Below are positions 27,653 to 38,113 of a stretch of 64,000 bases of DNA, one piece after another (within the stretch, counting starts at the first letter, position 1; every line of letters begins with the position of its first letter). This DNA is from Promethearchaeota archaeon (GTDB taxonomy: Archaea; Asgardarchaeota; Hermodarchaeia; Hermodarchaeales; Hermodarchaeaceae): the NCBI GenBank assembly GCA_048939245.1, contig JBHLPR010000004.1, forward strand, positions 15,976 through 79,975, written 5' to 3'. The notes below the pieces were generated by a model. The model searched no databases and was not told where the DNA came from. It saw only the letters and a program-made list of their open reading frames with translations. The position numbers were made by a program, and so were the translations under genes.

Positions 27653-28694
27653 GGCTGACGACCTTCTCCACCCAATACCATCCTGGGTAATTCTTCGCCA
27701 CAAGCCTGAGTCCATCCTCGATTATTAGGATAATTTCATTATCACTTAATACCTCTTCGAGGGAGAATATTGTACTATAGCCATCTGAAGCCACTACCTG
27801 AAGTGTGGTAGCAGATTCTAATGGTTGAGCATCAACAAGGATTATGGCTATTGGAACACCGGTGTAATTTTGTGCGGGAAGTTGTGTTACGGATCCAATG
27901 AGTTGAGCTTCGAAGGTAACCTCCTGATCCACATAGGTGGAGTATGAAAAACGAAATGGTTGTGCTACTTGACCAACAATTTCACAGCTGTGTGGATCAA
28001 TAGTAGGTTGCCATACAAAGACCGTATAAAGACTGGCACCGAAAGCAAGAATAATGAGAAAAATGAGGGCTGAAAGTCGATAAGGTCCTAGACGCCGCCA
28101 AATTGATCCTTTTGCTGTCACACGTGGACCATTAATTGCTGTGCGGTAGATACTGGATTCCAAGACGAGTTGCGTTGTTGTATATCCGAAATAGCCACTG
28201 AAAATAACGCCCGATGAAAAAGCTAGAATAACTAAGAGGGCGAGGAATATCAGAGGTGCCCCTGAAAAGAAGAATAATTGGAAAATAATAACATTAGATG
28301 CGGAAGCAAACCCTCCGATGATCGACTGCAGCAGTAATGAATCTCGTTGCCCAATTGCGTAGAATCCGATGTCGATTATTAGCCCTTGAATAAGGCTGAC
28401 TAAAACGACAATTATTCCATGGGTACTTCCAGTGAAGAGCTCGACAAATCCTTTCAGCAGACCTGTGGCGGTTGCCGCCCCTGCTTTTCGGGTAAGCCCC
28501 AATGCTAAGACAAGCCAAAATACATGGAGACCACTAAGAAACTGTCCAGCTCCGAAAGGGGTTCCGATGGCAGTATTCAAGAGAAGACCGAGATAACCAA
28601 TAAAGGTGCTTAAAACCCCCCCGAGTGCACTTAATACCGCGATAGTAACTAAATCGCGAGTCCCAAAATAATAGGAAGGTTGGGAATCAGTCAT
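27639..28694 (-). CDS. ECF S-component (YkoE/ABC_cobalt-like) fused to a C-terminal molybdopterin-binding-like (Oxidored_molyb) domain
   Basis: RDLVTIAVLSA (AxxxA), KAGAA...G.VE. C-terminal YTGVP...ASDGYS..F...LRLV....GWYWVEKV. Confidence 0.78.
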   Translation of the reverse strand: MTDSQPSYYFGTRDLVTIAVLSALGGVLSTFIGYLGLLLNTAIGTPFGAGQFLSGLHVFWLVLALGLTRKAGAATATGLLKGFVELFTGSTHGIIVVLVSLIQGLIIDIGFYAIGQRDSLLLQSIIGGFASASNVIIFQLFFFSGAPLIFLALLVILAFSSGVIFSGYFGYTTTQLVLESSIYRTAINGPRVTAKGSIWRRLGPYRLSALIFLIILAFGASLYTVFVWQPTIDPHSCEIVGQVAQPFRFSYSTYVDQEVTFEAQLIGSVTQLPAQNYTGVPIAIILVDAQPLESATTLQVVASDGYSTIFSLEEVLSDNEIILIIEDGLRLVAKNYPGWYWVEKVVSLVIT

Positions 28695-28715
28695 GTGTTC
28701 ACCTTACATGGTTAG

Positions 28716-29828
28716 CTACGGAGGAAAACTATCTCGAACAATTTCAATTATGGAGACATATTTTACCCACCGTGCACTCGCTGAACCGGAGAACCAAGAT
28801 GGATGGGTGGTTTGACTAGCATCCGTATTGCTATAGCCTCCATCCGGTGCGAGAAAGACGAGCTGTGGACCATAATCCCAGGCAGGAACAATGTCCCCGT
28901 TGTAACTATAAGCAAATATTAGATCGCCTTGAATCGCTTTTATCGAGCTGTTTGGATAAAGGTTGTAATAGGCAAATAATTGATAGTAACCGTCGTTTGC
29001 AGTCACATTGACAAAATCATTATCATCGATTATTGTTACTAGTTCAAGAATGGCGGAAAACGGAACACCGATATAAGTGCCATTACCTCCCCAGCTCCCA
29101 GTATATTTTTGGTAAGCAGAATAGCCTTCAAGACTATCCATCAACGCAAGATCCACCAGATACACCTTGTACTCCTCATCACCATCGATTATCGTAAAGT
29201 GTAAAGATCCACCAACGTAGACATCTTGGAGTATTTCGATGGATGCCACGTTGGAAACCCAACGCGCCCCCGCACTCCCCGAGAACCAAGCAGGATGGGT
29301 CGTCTGAGCGGCATCATCATTACTATACGCTCCGTCATCGGGGAGAAATGCAATTCGGGGCCCATCCTCCCAATCTGTTGGCGTGGTGCTGTTATACGAA
29401 TATGCTAAAATCAAATCACCTTGCACCGGCGCAAAGGACGCATTCGGATACAGGTTATAATAAGCAAAATATTGGATATAACCATCCGTGGCATTTACTC
29501 GAATTACATCATTCGTGTCTATTCCACCAACAAGTTCAACGATAGAAGATATTGTTACTCCAACATAGGTTCCACTGCCTTGCCAATTCTCAAATCGATT
29601 CTGATAAGAGGAATCACCTTCTGTGGGTGTTAGGGTGAGTAGTGTTGAATAATTGAGGTTGATTATGGTATCTCCATTGATAACTTGAACATCGACATCA
29701 GCTGCAGGCGGTTGGAAGGAGGGGGGAGAAGTCAGAATTCTAATTCCAACGATAGCGCCAGCCGCTACAACGATTGCAACAAGAACAATTACTACACCAT
29801 ATTTGAGATTTTGGTGAGATTCTGTCAT
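28716..29828 (-). CDS. Membrane-anchored protein with two tandem molybdopterin-binding-like domains
   Basis: N-terminal TM/signal segment. Internal repeat G.GTY.GV...DGY.Q.FAYYNLYPN...LI.AYSYN...GP...ARWV. Confidence 0.75.
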   Translation of the reverse strand: MTESHQNLKYGVVIVLVAIVVAAGAIVGIRILTSPPSFQPPAADVDVQVINGDTIINLNYSTLLTLTPTEGDSSYQNRFENWQGSGTYVGVTISSIVELVGGIDTNDVIRVNATDGYIQYFAYYNLYPNASFAPVQGDLILAYSYNSTTPTDWEDGPRIAFLPDDGAYSNDDAAQTTHPAWFSGSAGARWVSNVASIEILQDVYVGGSLHFTIIDGDEEYKVYLVDLALMDSLEGYSAYQKYTGSWGGNGTYIGVPFSAILELVTIIDDNDFVNVTANDGYYQLFAYYNLYPNSSIKAIQGDLIFAYSYNGDIVPAWDYGPQLVFLAPDGGYSNTDASQTTHPSWFSGSASARWVKYVSIIEIVRDSFPP

Positions 29829-29863
29829 GGTTGAAGACCTTCATCGCTTTAAGAAATTGTTAA

Positions 29864-29885
29864 GATATGCATATTCGTGCATATC
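29864..29885. promoter_or_regulatory. Palindromic operator upstream of the ECF operon
   Basis: GATATGCA-TATTCG-TGCATATC, a perfect 8-bp inverted repeat 35 bp upstream of the start codon. Confidence 0.65.
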
Positions 29886-29969
29886 ATCTTTGTTATTAAG
29901 CCTTACGCTGCAATATATTCAGAAATAAAAGAGGAGGGAAGACACCGACTTCGAAGAGCAGCGTATTTG

Positions 29970-30992
29970 CTAGGTTCGTCGGTGCCAGAGCTCTTCGCGA
30001 CGTTTCTTTTCTAGTTGTGGAAGATCCGTCCAGAAGATAGATTTGCTCTTCATTGGCGCAACACGTTTGAGAACGAAGACAAACATTGCAACGATATTGA
30101 TGAAGATTATATTAACCAGAACTAAAATGAAGCTTATTCCGGCAATGCCTAAATGCAGCGGCACGTTGACGGCACCCCCGAAATGTAGTGGGCCCAATAA
30201 TGCATAGACCAGGTTCATTCCTGCATTGACAGCTGGTGGCATTAACGATGCGGCAATAGCTACTCCGACTAAACTACTGATTTCTCCACGAGTTACAGCG
30301 AGAGCAACACCTGCCCCAGATGCAGCAGCCACAATGATACCTACAGCGACTCCAATGACAAGACCACGAGATAGCATTTCAGGTGTTGGCCACCCGGGTA
30401 ATACGGGATAGAGAATTGGTGCATAGGGCATAAGGAGCGCACCCATAATGAAACCCATTATTACTGCGATTAAGATTCCATAGACCTCATTTTTAACTCC
30501 AGCTAATACTAATCGCCTGTCTTTGATTATAGCACCAAGACTGAGCCCAAGAATCGGCCCCATTAATGGTGCAAGAAGCATACTAGCGACAATAAATACA
30601 GGGCTATTCGTCGCTAGGCCGACAGAGGCAATAATACAAGAAACAACAAGAAGGGCAAGGAAATCAAACGATAAACGAGCCCCTGCTGCGATTTTTCCGT
30701 AGATTTCCTCAACGGAAAGTCGTTCAGTGGGAGTGATTGTTTCGACTTCAGTTTCCATTGGTTTAGTGGCTTCAACGGGTAGAACGTCTATGATGCCATA
30801 ATGTACTCCGACCCCGATTGTTTCAAGATCAGTCAGAATTTTCTGTGTTTTTGCTGGTGAAACACGGAAAATGAGCATAAAGCCAGGAGCTGTGTGAATC
30901 TTAGCAATGTTTCGTACGTTAGCTTTCTCTTCGAGGAATTCCATGACCTGTCCGACTTTTTCTTCGGGGAGCGTTATCTGAAATTGGCGCAT
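29970..30992 (-). CDS. DUF389 / TIGR00341 family membrane protein
   Basis: IASVGL..NSP..IVASMLLAPLMGPI and LVGVAIAASLMPPA motifs. Confidence 0.88.
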   Translation of the reverse strand: MRQFQITLPEEKVGQVMEFLEEKANVRNIAKIHTAPGFMLIFRVSPAKTQKILTDLETIGVGVHYGIIDVLPVEATKPMETEVETITPTERLSVEEIYGKIAAGARLSFDFLALLVVSCIIASVGLATNSPVFIVASMLLAPLMGPILGLSLGAIIKDRRLVLAGVKNEVYGILIAVIMGFIMGALLMPYAPILYPVLPGWPTPEMLSRGLVIGVAVGIIVAAASGAGVALAVTRGEISSLVGVAIAASLMPPAVNAGMNLVYALLGPLHFGGAVNVPLHLGIAGISFILVLVNIIFINIVAMFVFVLKRVAPMKSKSIFWTDLPQLEKKRREELWHRRT

Positions 30993-31184
30993 GTATATTT
31001 CCCCTGCTCGATTACGAGCGTTATCTCACCTCAGGGTATCTGCGTATAAGGCTTACGTTTTCAACCAAATATTAAAGGATGCTGAGAAATTCGGAACGGC
31101 AGAACGCTTAATTAGCTGTACCGCAGTAATCCGATGTATCTGCCCGAAGCAGGAGCGCATCCCATCAACCCCTGGTGCAATAAC

Positions 31185-32894
31185 GTGAAACCCCAAAGTA
31201 TGCTTATCAAAAATGGCTTTGTCATTGACCCCAAGAACGAGATTTTCGAAGTCAAGGATCTAGCTATACAAGACGGAAAAGTGGTGGAATCCGTTAAACC
31301 GGAATCAGCGGAAATAATTGATGCAGAAGGACGCATGGTCGTCCCCGGTGGTGTAGAAATTCATGCCCATTTGGCAACACCGAAAGTTGATTCTGGTCGG
31401 GTTCTTCGATGTGATCAATCACGAATGGACCCATATACCTATTCAGATATCTGCCGAGCGGGAGTTTGGGCAAGTGTTCCTCCAACCTTCATGACTGGAT
31501 ACAAATATTCACAAATGGGCTATACCTTCGTTACCGAAGCAGCTTCTGCAGGATTGGTAGCTAGGCACACGCACGAAGAACTTGCTGAAATCCAACCACA
31601 TGACAAAATCATGTTCCCACTTTTTGGCAACTATCAACTCATCATGGACTATTCCCGAGAAAAGGAGTATGAGAAGCTTGCAGGATTCGTGGCATGGATG
31701 CTTGCAGCTACAAAGGGCTATGCTATCAAAGCCGTCAATCCTACAGGAGTTTGTGACTGGTCTTGGGGTGGTAATGTTGAGAACCTCGATGAACCAATTG
31801 CCTGCTTTGACGTTACTCCTCGTGATGCGGTAACCGCTTTACTTGAAGGTGCTGAGAGACTTGTCCTGCCGCACTCACTTCATCTACACGCGAATATGCT
31901 CGGTCGTCCAGGAAATATGGATATTACGATTGAGACCATGGAACTTGCGAGTAATCGCCCAGCAACGAAACGTGCTTCAGGGCACAATCTCCATATGACA
32001 CACATCCAATTCCATGCTTATGGTGGAGATAGCTTCATCACTTTCAAGAGCGCAGCAGAACCCATCGCCAAATACATCAAAAGTCACAAGAACATCAGTT
32101 GCGACTTAGGACAAGTTGTCTTCGCAGATACCACAACCATGACTGCGGATGGCCCGTGGGAATGGATTCTTCGTGGCATCTCAGGAAGCCGGTGGGTGAA
32201 TGATGACATTGAAGTTGAGTGTGGCGGAGGAGTCGTACCTTACGTTTTTAGAAAAAGCTCACGAGTCAATTCGATCCAATGGGGTATCGGACTCGAAATT
32301 GCACTTATGGTCAATGACCCATGGCGGGTTATCCCAAGTACGGATCATCCCAACGCTGGAACCTTCATCAATTATCCATCAATCGCCGCCTGGTTGATGA
32401 GCAAGAAAGCCCGGGAAGCGGTCTTAGCTGAAATTAGAGGCTCAGCTAAGAAGCGGATGGACCTTCCTGCTCTCGAAAATGAATGGACTATGAATGAATA
32501 TATTATCTCTACTCGAGCAGGACCAGCACGAATTCTGGGATTACCCAATAAGGGACATCTTGGGGTGGGAGCTGATGCTGATGTCGCGTTTTATGATTTA
32601 GATCCCAAGGAAGATTATGCTAATAATCCGGATAAACTAATTCGTGGATTTTCGCAAGCATGGATGACCATCAAAGATGGCCGTATTGTTCAGAAAGCTG
32701 GCAAAATGGTTGCCACACCAAAAGGGAGCACTTATTGGGTTGATGCCCAAGTTGAACCAGAACTGGCAAAGGAAGTCGAGAAAGATATTCGAGAGAAATT
32801 CATGAGCTCCTATACGATTTCCTATGAGAATTACCCTGTATCCAAACGATATCTTCACCGGTCTGCCCCTGTCAAACTCGAAGGAGCCAGCTAA
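31185..32894 (+). CDS. fwdA: Formylmethanofuran dehydrogenase subunit A
   Basis: LIKNG.V.DP, GGVE.HAH, GYAIKAVNP, HSLHLH, THIQFH.YGG, STDHPN, GHLGVGADADVA. Start may be 31200. Confidence 0.95.
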   Translation: MKPQSMLIKNGFVIDPKNEIFEVKDLAIQDGKVVESVKPESAEIIDAEGRMVVPGGVEIHAHLATPKVDSGRVLRCDQSRMDPYTYSDICRAGVWASVPPTFMTGYKYSQMGYTFVTEAASAGLVARHTHEELAEIQPHDKIMFPLFGNYQLIMDYSREKEYEKLAGFVAWMLAATKGYAIKAVNPTGVCDWSWGGNVENLDEPIACFDVTPRDAVTALLEGAERLVLPHSLHLHANMLGRPGNMDITIETMELASNRPATKRASGHNLHMTHIQFHAYGGDSFITFKSAAEPIAKYIKSHKNISCDLGQVVFADTTTMTADGPWEWILRGISGSRWVNDDIEVECGGGVVPYVFRKSSRVNSIQWGIGLEIALMVNDPWRVIPSTDHPNAGTFINYPSIAAWLMSKKAREAVLAEIRGSAKKRMDLPALENEWTMNEYIISTRAGPARILGLPNKGHLGVGADADVAFYDLDPKEDYANNPDKLIRGFSQAWMTIKDGRIVQKAGKMVATPKGSTYWVDAQVEPELAKEVEKDIREKFMSSYTISYENYPVSKRYLHRSAPVKLEGAS

Positions 32895-32993
32895 AAACTG
32901 TACTAATTGATTTCCTAAAACTTATAACCAGAGTGAATATGCCTTTGTCTCGTTTCAGCACGATTCTGATATGCTGGAGCGAAGGTTCAAATC

Positions 32994-35900
32994 ATGACCA
33001 AAGTTCGAGACTTCACACCAGCCGATGCAGCCGGGTTAGCAAAGTGCATTAACGAAAGTGAAGGAGGATGGCCAGGTGGTATCTCCGGAGGGTTAGACCA
33101 CACTGCAGAACATATTCTCGAAGACTATAAGCGGGAAGCGAAGCTAGCTTGGTTAATCGCAGTCTCCGATGAACAGCAAATTGCTGGTATTTCTACATTA
33201 CACCCCCACTTTGACGATCCTGCAGCAGCATATCTTGGATTTCTCACGGTTTCTGATGCCTATCGGAAAAAGGGATTTGGCAAAGCGCTCCTGGTAGAAT
33301 CGGTGAATCGGGTCATCGCTGAAGGATATAAACGGCTTTTCTTACATACATGGGGGGGCAATCTCAACGCGGTACCAGTCTATAAGCGCACAGGTTTCTT
33401 CTGGTGCCCCGAAACCCAAGTACTCATGGAGAACTATATTCCCACCATTATCACCTTACCGATTGCCAGACCCTTTTTCAAGAAGCATGACTGGTATGAG
33501 ACCTATATCAGGCAAATTGAAATCAAGCCTGATGAAATGAAACATCGTGGGCTTAATGTCTATGAGTACCGATGGGAGAAAGGCGACGAATTTCTTAGAG
33601 TGGTAATCGACCGAGAGAGCCGAGGACCCACTCTGATCGAAAACAGGCAGGTTCTAATAGAATGCTGGGTCGCAGATGCAGAGCCAACGCTCGGGCTGCC
33701 AATACCAGTTAGCTGGTCAATCCAGAATAAGAACCCGAACAAGCCACTCACTTGTCACCTGAAAGTTAAACTACCTAAAGGCTTCCAGTTAATTGAAGCA
33801 CCAGCTTCCTCAATTATGGTCCCGGCAAAAGAAACAGTTGTTCTTGAGGGGATAATTCGGGGAAGCGTGAATGTGATTCCACCTCCAAAGGAAAGACCCG
33901 CATTAGCCATTGTAAGCCAATTGTTATTAGAAAAAAGACCTGTAAAGCTTGAGACCGGGATAAGAGCCCAGCATCCAATCGAATTGACCACTGTGCCTCC
34001 ATCAATTTGGTGTCGAGCAGGCACACGATTCTCGATTCCCATCTCAATCAAGAGTAACCTAAAGAAAACCGCAACGGGACGGTTAATCATTCGAAAACCT
34101 CGGGGACTCCAAATAGACCAGAAGCAATTTGAAATTAGACTCAACCCAGAAAGACATTCTGGAATCGAATTAAATGTAGCAACTAAGTCTTCATTAGGCA
34201 GCATAGCATTACCCATCAAGTTGCAGGCTCAGTTAGATGTTGGAGGACAACAACTGAAGACCCGAACCGAAACAATTTTCGTTCACAATCTGAGCCAAGG
34301 CGGAGTCCTGGTTACACCTGCGCAGGATGACAAGCGTCTTCAAGTTCACACTGAAACCTTGCAGTTTTCTATTAATTTAGTAAAAGGCGCCCACATCGAT
34401 AAACTTACCAACCGCCTTACCGGTCGAGTCCAACTTCGCTCACATTGCCGAGAAAGTATTGGTCCACCCTTCTGGCCTTCAGAACAGATGCGCACTCACT
34501 TTAAGCACCGAATCGAAAAACCCAATGACGGAACCACACGAATAGTTACATGGATGACCTCCAAACGCTACTCGGGCCTAGTCTTTTCCAAGACATACAT
34601 CATTACAGGTAACTCATCTGTTCTCGGCATTGAATATATGTTTGAAAATACTGATCCGAAAAAAACCTACAAAATACAACTTATCGTGGGGAGTATTCCC
34701 GGTGCTTGGGATCACCTTCATGTCCTCCCCCTAAAAACAGGTTTACTTCGTGAAGAATATATCGAAGAAGAATTTTTTGCATCAGAACGTGAAATACTAA
34801 AAAGGCGGGAAGACTGGGCTGAAACCTGGTATTGCGCAGAACGCCCCCACAAAGGGGAAATCACAGCAGTACTATGTCCTCCTTCACTCTTTTATGAAGC
34901 AAGAGGAGTAACGTTCATTGATTTTCAGCTGCAGATCCCTCCTATCCCCCCAAAGAAGAAAATCATTCTACCGCCTTTATATCTCGTTGCAGGATTAGGC
35001 AGTTGGAAACATATCAGAAGACTTTGGCATCACTATTATTCCGATGAACCCGAAAGAGCCCTCCTTACAAGAATGGAACCCAATCCAGCGATTGATCTTC
35101 GAATAAAAGATAATCCAATGCTTCATGAAGTTGCTTCAGAGATTACGATTCCTTTGCAACTCCATCATCACGTGCATCGCCCTCTAAAGGGAAGCCTCCA
35201 GTTCTCAGCACCAAAGGGTTGGCGAGTGACACCTCGAACCCATAAATTCGAGCATGTCAAAGATAGCAAACCATTGTCGGTTCCAATCCAACTCCATGCC
35301 AATGCAAAGGCTAAACATGAACCCCAAATACTATCAGTGACTGCTCATGTCAAAACTGACCTTCAAACCAGAGAATTTAACGTCCCAATTATTCTACACC
35401 GAAAAACAGGAAAAGTATCAATCATTCAAGCAGTTGAGCATAACCAAAAAATTTGGATAATCGATAATGGAAAATATCTACTGAAGATTGCGCCTAGTTT
35501 CGCAGGAAGTGTATTTGCTTGGATTAAGAAGGAGACCGGTACAAACTATTTAGTATCTAATTTTCCAACCGCCGGACCCAAGGTTTGGTTTAATCCATGG
35601 TATGGGGGTATCCAATTTGAGCCCTTTGCTAGTGACCAACCTGGATGGTTTCCTACAAAACTTGATCGCGAGAAATGGACCCTTACTAAAAGTCAGCGCA
35701 ATGACTGGCAAGGAATCCAAGTGAGTGTGGTTCCGGACAAGGAAGAGCGTAGACTTCGGGATCTGAAACTGGGATTTCATGTTCTAACTCAACCACAAAG
35801 TAATATCGTAGCACTCATCGGTCAGATACAGAATCAATCTAAAGCGCCACGTCAACTGTACCACCGATTTCGAATTGCCATACCGTCAGATGAAACGACG

Positions 35901-36227
35901 CCCAAATTAGAAACGGTAATTCCCCGGTCCACAACAACCTACTGGCGAAATCGGGTGAAAACTCATGCATGGCCAACAGCCGCATACCCCTATCTTGGTA
36001 TAGAACACGGACCAGATGATGCTACACTCATATTCACTCAAAACATGAATCCCATGACGGAACTTTTTATGGGAGATTTGAACTCCGAACTAGTCTTTAT
36101 TCAAAGCGAAGATCCCATTGATGTTAGTCCCAATGAACTCGTCGAACGAACTGGGTTTCTTGTTGCCACCCAGGCACCTTGGGAACAAGCAAAGACCTAT
36201 AGTCTACTCTCAAAACTTTCTCTCTAA
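32994..36227 (+). CDS. Large GNAT N-acetyltransferase fused to beta-rich domains (1077 aa)
   Basis: YRKKGFGKAL acetyl-CoA motif, LHTWGGN..AVP.Y.RTGFFW. Remainder appears to be beta-sandwich repeats. Confidence 0.75.
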   Translation: MTKVRDFTPADAAGLAKCINESEGGWPGGISGGLDHTAEHILEDYKREAKLAWLIAVSDEQQIAGISTLHPHFDDPAAAYLGFLTVSDAYRKKGFGKALLVESVNRVIAEGYKRLFLHTWGGNLNAVPVYKRTGFFWCPETQVLMENYIPTIITLPIARPFFKKHDWYETYIRQIEIKPDEMKHRGLNVYEYRWEKGDEFLRVVIDRESRGPTLIENRQVLIECWVADAEPTLGLPIPVSWSIQNKNPNKPLTCHLKVKLPKGFQLIEAPASSIMVPAKETVVLEGIIRGSVNVIPPPKERPALAIVSQLLLEKRPVKLETGIRAQHPIELTTVPPSIWCRAGTRFSIPISIKSNLKKTATGRLIIRKPRGLQIDQKQFEIRLNPERHSGIELNVATKSSLGSIALPIKLQAQLDVGGQQLKTRTETIFVHNLSQGGVLVTPAQDDKRLQVHTETLQFSINLVKGAHIDKLTNRLTGRVQLRSHCRESIGPPFWPSEQMRTHFKHRIEKPNDGTTRIVTWMTSKRYSGLVFSKTYIITGNSSVLGIEYMFENTDPKKTYKIQLIVGSIPGAWDHLHVLPLKTGLLREEYIEEEFFASEREILKRREDWAETWYCAERPHKGEITAVLCPPSLFYEARGVTFIDFQLQIPPIPPKKKIILPPLYLVAGLGSWKHIRRLWHHYYSDEPERALLTRMEPNPAIDLRIKDNPMLHEVASEITIPLQLHHHVHRPLKGSLQFSAPKGWRVTPRTHKFEHVKDSKPLSVPIQLHANAKAKHEPQILSVTAHVKTDLQTREFNVPIILHRKTGKVSIIQAVEHNQKIWIIDNGKYLLKIAPSFAGSVFAWIKKETGTNYLVSNFPTAGPKVWFNPWYGGIQFEPFASDQPGWFPTKLDREKWTLTKSQRNDWQGIQVSVVPDKEERRLRDLKLGFHVLTQPQSNIVALIGQIQNQSKAPRQLYHRFRIAIPSDETTPKLETVIPRSTTTYWRNRVKTHAWPTAAYPYLGIEHGPDDATLIFTQNMNPMTELFMGDLNSELVFIQSEDPIDVSPNELVERTGFLVATQAPWEQAKTYSLLSKLSL

Positions 36228-36247
36228 TTGATAAGTACCAATGCACC

Positions 36248-37114
36248 TTATCCTATTTCAGAGGAATAGAATTCATACCATCGTTCAAATGTCATTTCAA
36301 GACGCCATTCCGCCTTTACATCATAAGGGGGAGCGGGTGCGCTATCCTTTTCCTTTTGAACTGCTTCTAAGGAAAGACCTTCAACTAATCGGGCTTGTAT
36401 CCATGTCTCAAGCTGCTTGAAATACGCAAGTTGGATGCGGATTTCCTCCTTATCACACAGAGGCCCATGACCCGGAACGATTGTGTCGACGGACATTTTT
36501 AGAATCTTCTCGAATGCTTTTATCCAGTCGGGAGGGCTGTTTGTCGAATCCCCCGCATAAGGATACTCTTGACAAAATACAAGGTCTCCGGCAAAGAGAA
36601 CACGCTCCGGGACAAAGTAAACCATTGAATGCCCTGCCGTGTGACCTCCAGTATGATGGATTTTAATTTCGTTATTCTCTCCCAAGAATAGCGATTTCTC
36701 AAAGGTTTTAGTCGGAGTAATGATCTGCAGATTTTCGAGTTGACGACTTAGCACGGGATCGGTTTCTGCACGGAACTGTCGCATCTCTTCAAGGCTTTCC
36801 TGAGACCACTGGTTTTCTAAAAGTTCCGGATATAACTCTACCATTTTAGAAGAGGCAATAAGTGGGTACATTTGAAAGTCTTGAGCACCAAATACGTGGT
36901 CAGAATGATAATGGGTGAGAATGACTTCGGTGATTGGTGTGCCAATTTCTTGTTGGACCCGTTTATGAAACTCCTGAGCGATTACTGGTGTCATACCAGT
37001 ATCGATGACAACAATATGCTTTGCGGTACGGATGCATCCAACGTTCCCATAGGTTGATCCGTCCATAACAGCCCAAGTGGACTTGCTTACTTGTTCGAGT
37101 TGCATGAGAATCAT
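36248..37114 (-). CDS. MBL-fold metallo-hydrolase (cyclase-like)
   Basis: THYHSDH, GGHT, FAGDL, VPGHG. Confidence 0.9.
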   Translation of the reverse strand: MILMQLEQVSKSTWAVMDGSTYGNVGCIRTAKHIVVIDTGMTPVIAQEFHKRVQQEIGTPITEVILTHYHSDHVFGAQDFQMYPLIASSKMVELYPELLENQWSQESLEEMRQFRAETDPVLSRQLENLQIITPTKTFEKSLFLGENNEIKIHHTGGHTAGHSMVYFVPERVLFAGDLVFCQEYPYAGDSTNSPPDWIKAFEKILKMSVDTIVPGHGPLCDKEEIRIQLAYFKQLETWIQARLVEGLSLEAVQKEKDSAPAPPYDVKAEWRLEMTFERWYEFYSSEIG

Positions 37115-37244
37115 CTTCCTTCAAATAGAAGGGATTTACTATTAGGAGAAGCTGCCTTTAGATTTTGACTTGTAGTAAGACGAAAAGATGTTAAGAGGTA
37201 TTGTTACCAATTACGGCAGATAAAATATCTGAGGAGATTTCATC

Positions 37245-37685
37245 ATGCCTAAAGGTTCTAATAAACGGCAACAATTCAAGTTACAAATCATGGACTTGCT
37301 CCTCCAATTGCCTGTGCCTGCAGGTGTAGCAGATGAGGTAGCAAGCAAAGTGGTAAAAAATTCGACCATAGATATGCCTCCTGAGACCATTCGCTCAATG
37401 ATATTAGATAGCTTACGCACACATGATGCCATAGCAGCTGAAAAACTTGCCTTTCGCTTCGAACACGTTGAGCAGAGGCTTGCAGAGATTCAACTTGAGA
37501 CAGTTGGACCTGCAGGCGAAATCTATGATGAAGAATCCTTGAATGAACTTTTAGAAGCTGATGAAATTACAGCAGCAGAACTTTACTTCATGGAAGGTCG
37601 TAAAGGTCGTGCATGGCAACGTAAGGTGGATCATTTTGATACCGGATCAACTGAGTTAGCCAGAGAGGACCGATATGACGACTAG
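37245..37685 (+). CDS. Hypothetical protein (ATP-cone-like N-terminus, acidic C-terminus)
   Basis: GAGGAG RBS; weak ATP-cone-like pattern. Confidence 0.6.
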   Translation: MPKGSNKRQQFKLQIMDLLLQLPVPAGVADEVASKVVKNSTIDMPPETIRSMILDSLRTHDAIAAEKLAFRFEHVEQRLAEIQLETVGPAGEIYDEESLNELLEADEITAAELYFMEGRKGRAWQRKVDHFDTGSTELAREDRYDD

Positions 37686-38088
37686 AGAACATCAAACAGC
37701 ACAGGGACCCTTTCAAACCAGTACTTTACCTAAAGAAGATTTTTCTAAACCTAAGTTGCGATTAGTTGTCACAACCATTGTGACCGTACTCGTTAGTGTT
37801 CTCATCTTTTTTGATCAACTCTTAGGGTTATGGCCCTTTGGGTTGTATTGGAGCCTATTCGCTGTGGGATTAATTGTATGCTGCATCGCCATTTGGATTC
37901 TTCTTAGATGGGATAAAAGAACCCGGAAAGAAGGTGATGAAACGTTCTTGGAAAAATGGGGTGATGAGATTGGATGGCCTTTAATGGTCCTTGCGTTCAC
38001 ACTTCAGTTTCTTATCCCACAAATTCGGCCAATACTTTTCGGAGCTATTATTGGAGGAAGTTGGTTTCTGGTGCTATGGAATAGATGA
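37675..38088 (+). CDS. Hypothetical 4-TM membrane protein
   Basis: Hydrophobic helices; overlaps the previous gene by 11 nt. Confidence 0.6.
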   Translation: MTTREHQTAQGPFQTSTLPKEDFSKPKLRLVVTTIVTVLVSVLIFFDQLLGLWPFGLYWSLFAVGLIVCCIAIWILLRWDKRTRKEGDETFLEKWGDEIGWPLMVLAFTLQFLIPQIRPILFGAIIGGSWFLVLWNR

Positions 38089-38113
38089 ATTGAAAAATCC
38101 GAAAAGCGAGAAA

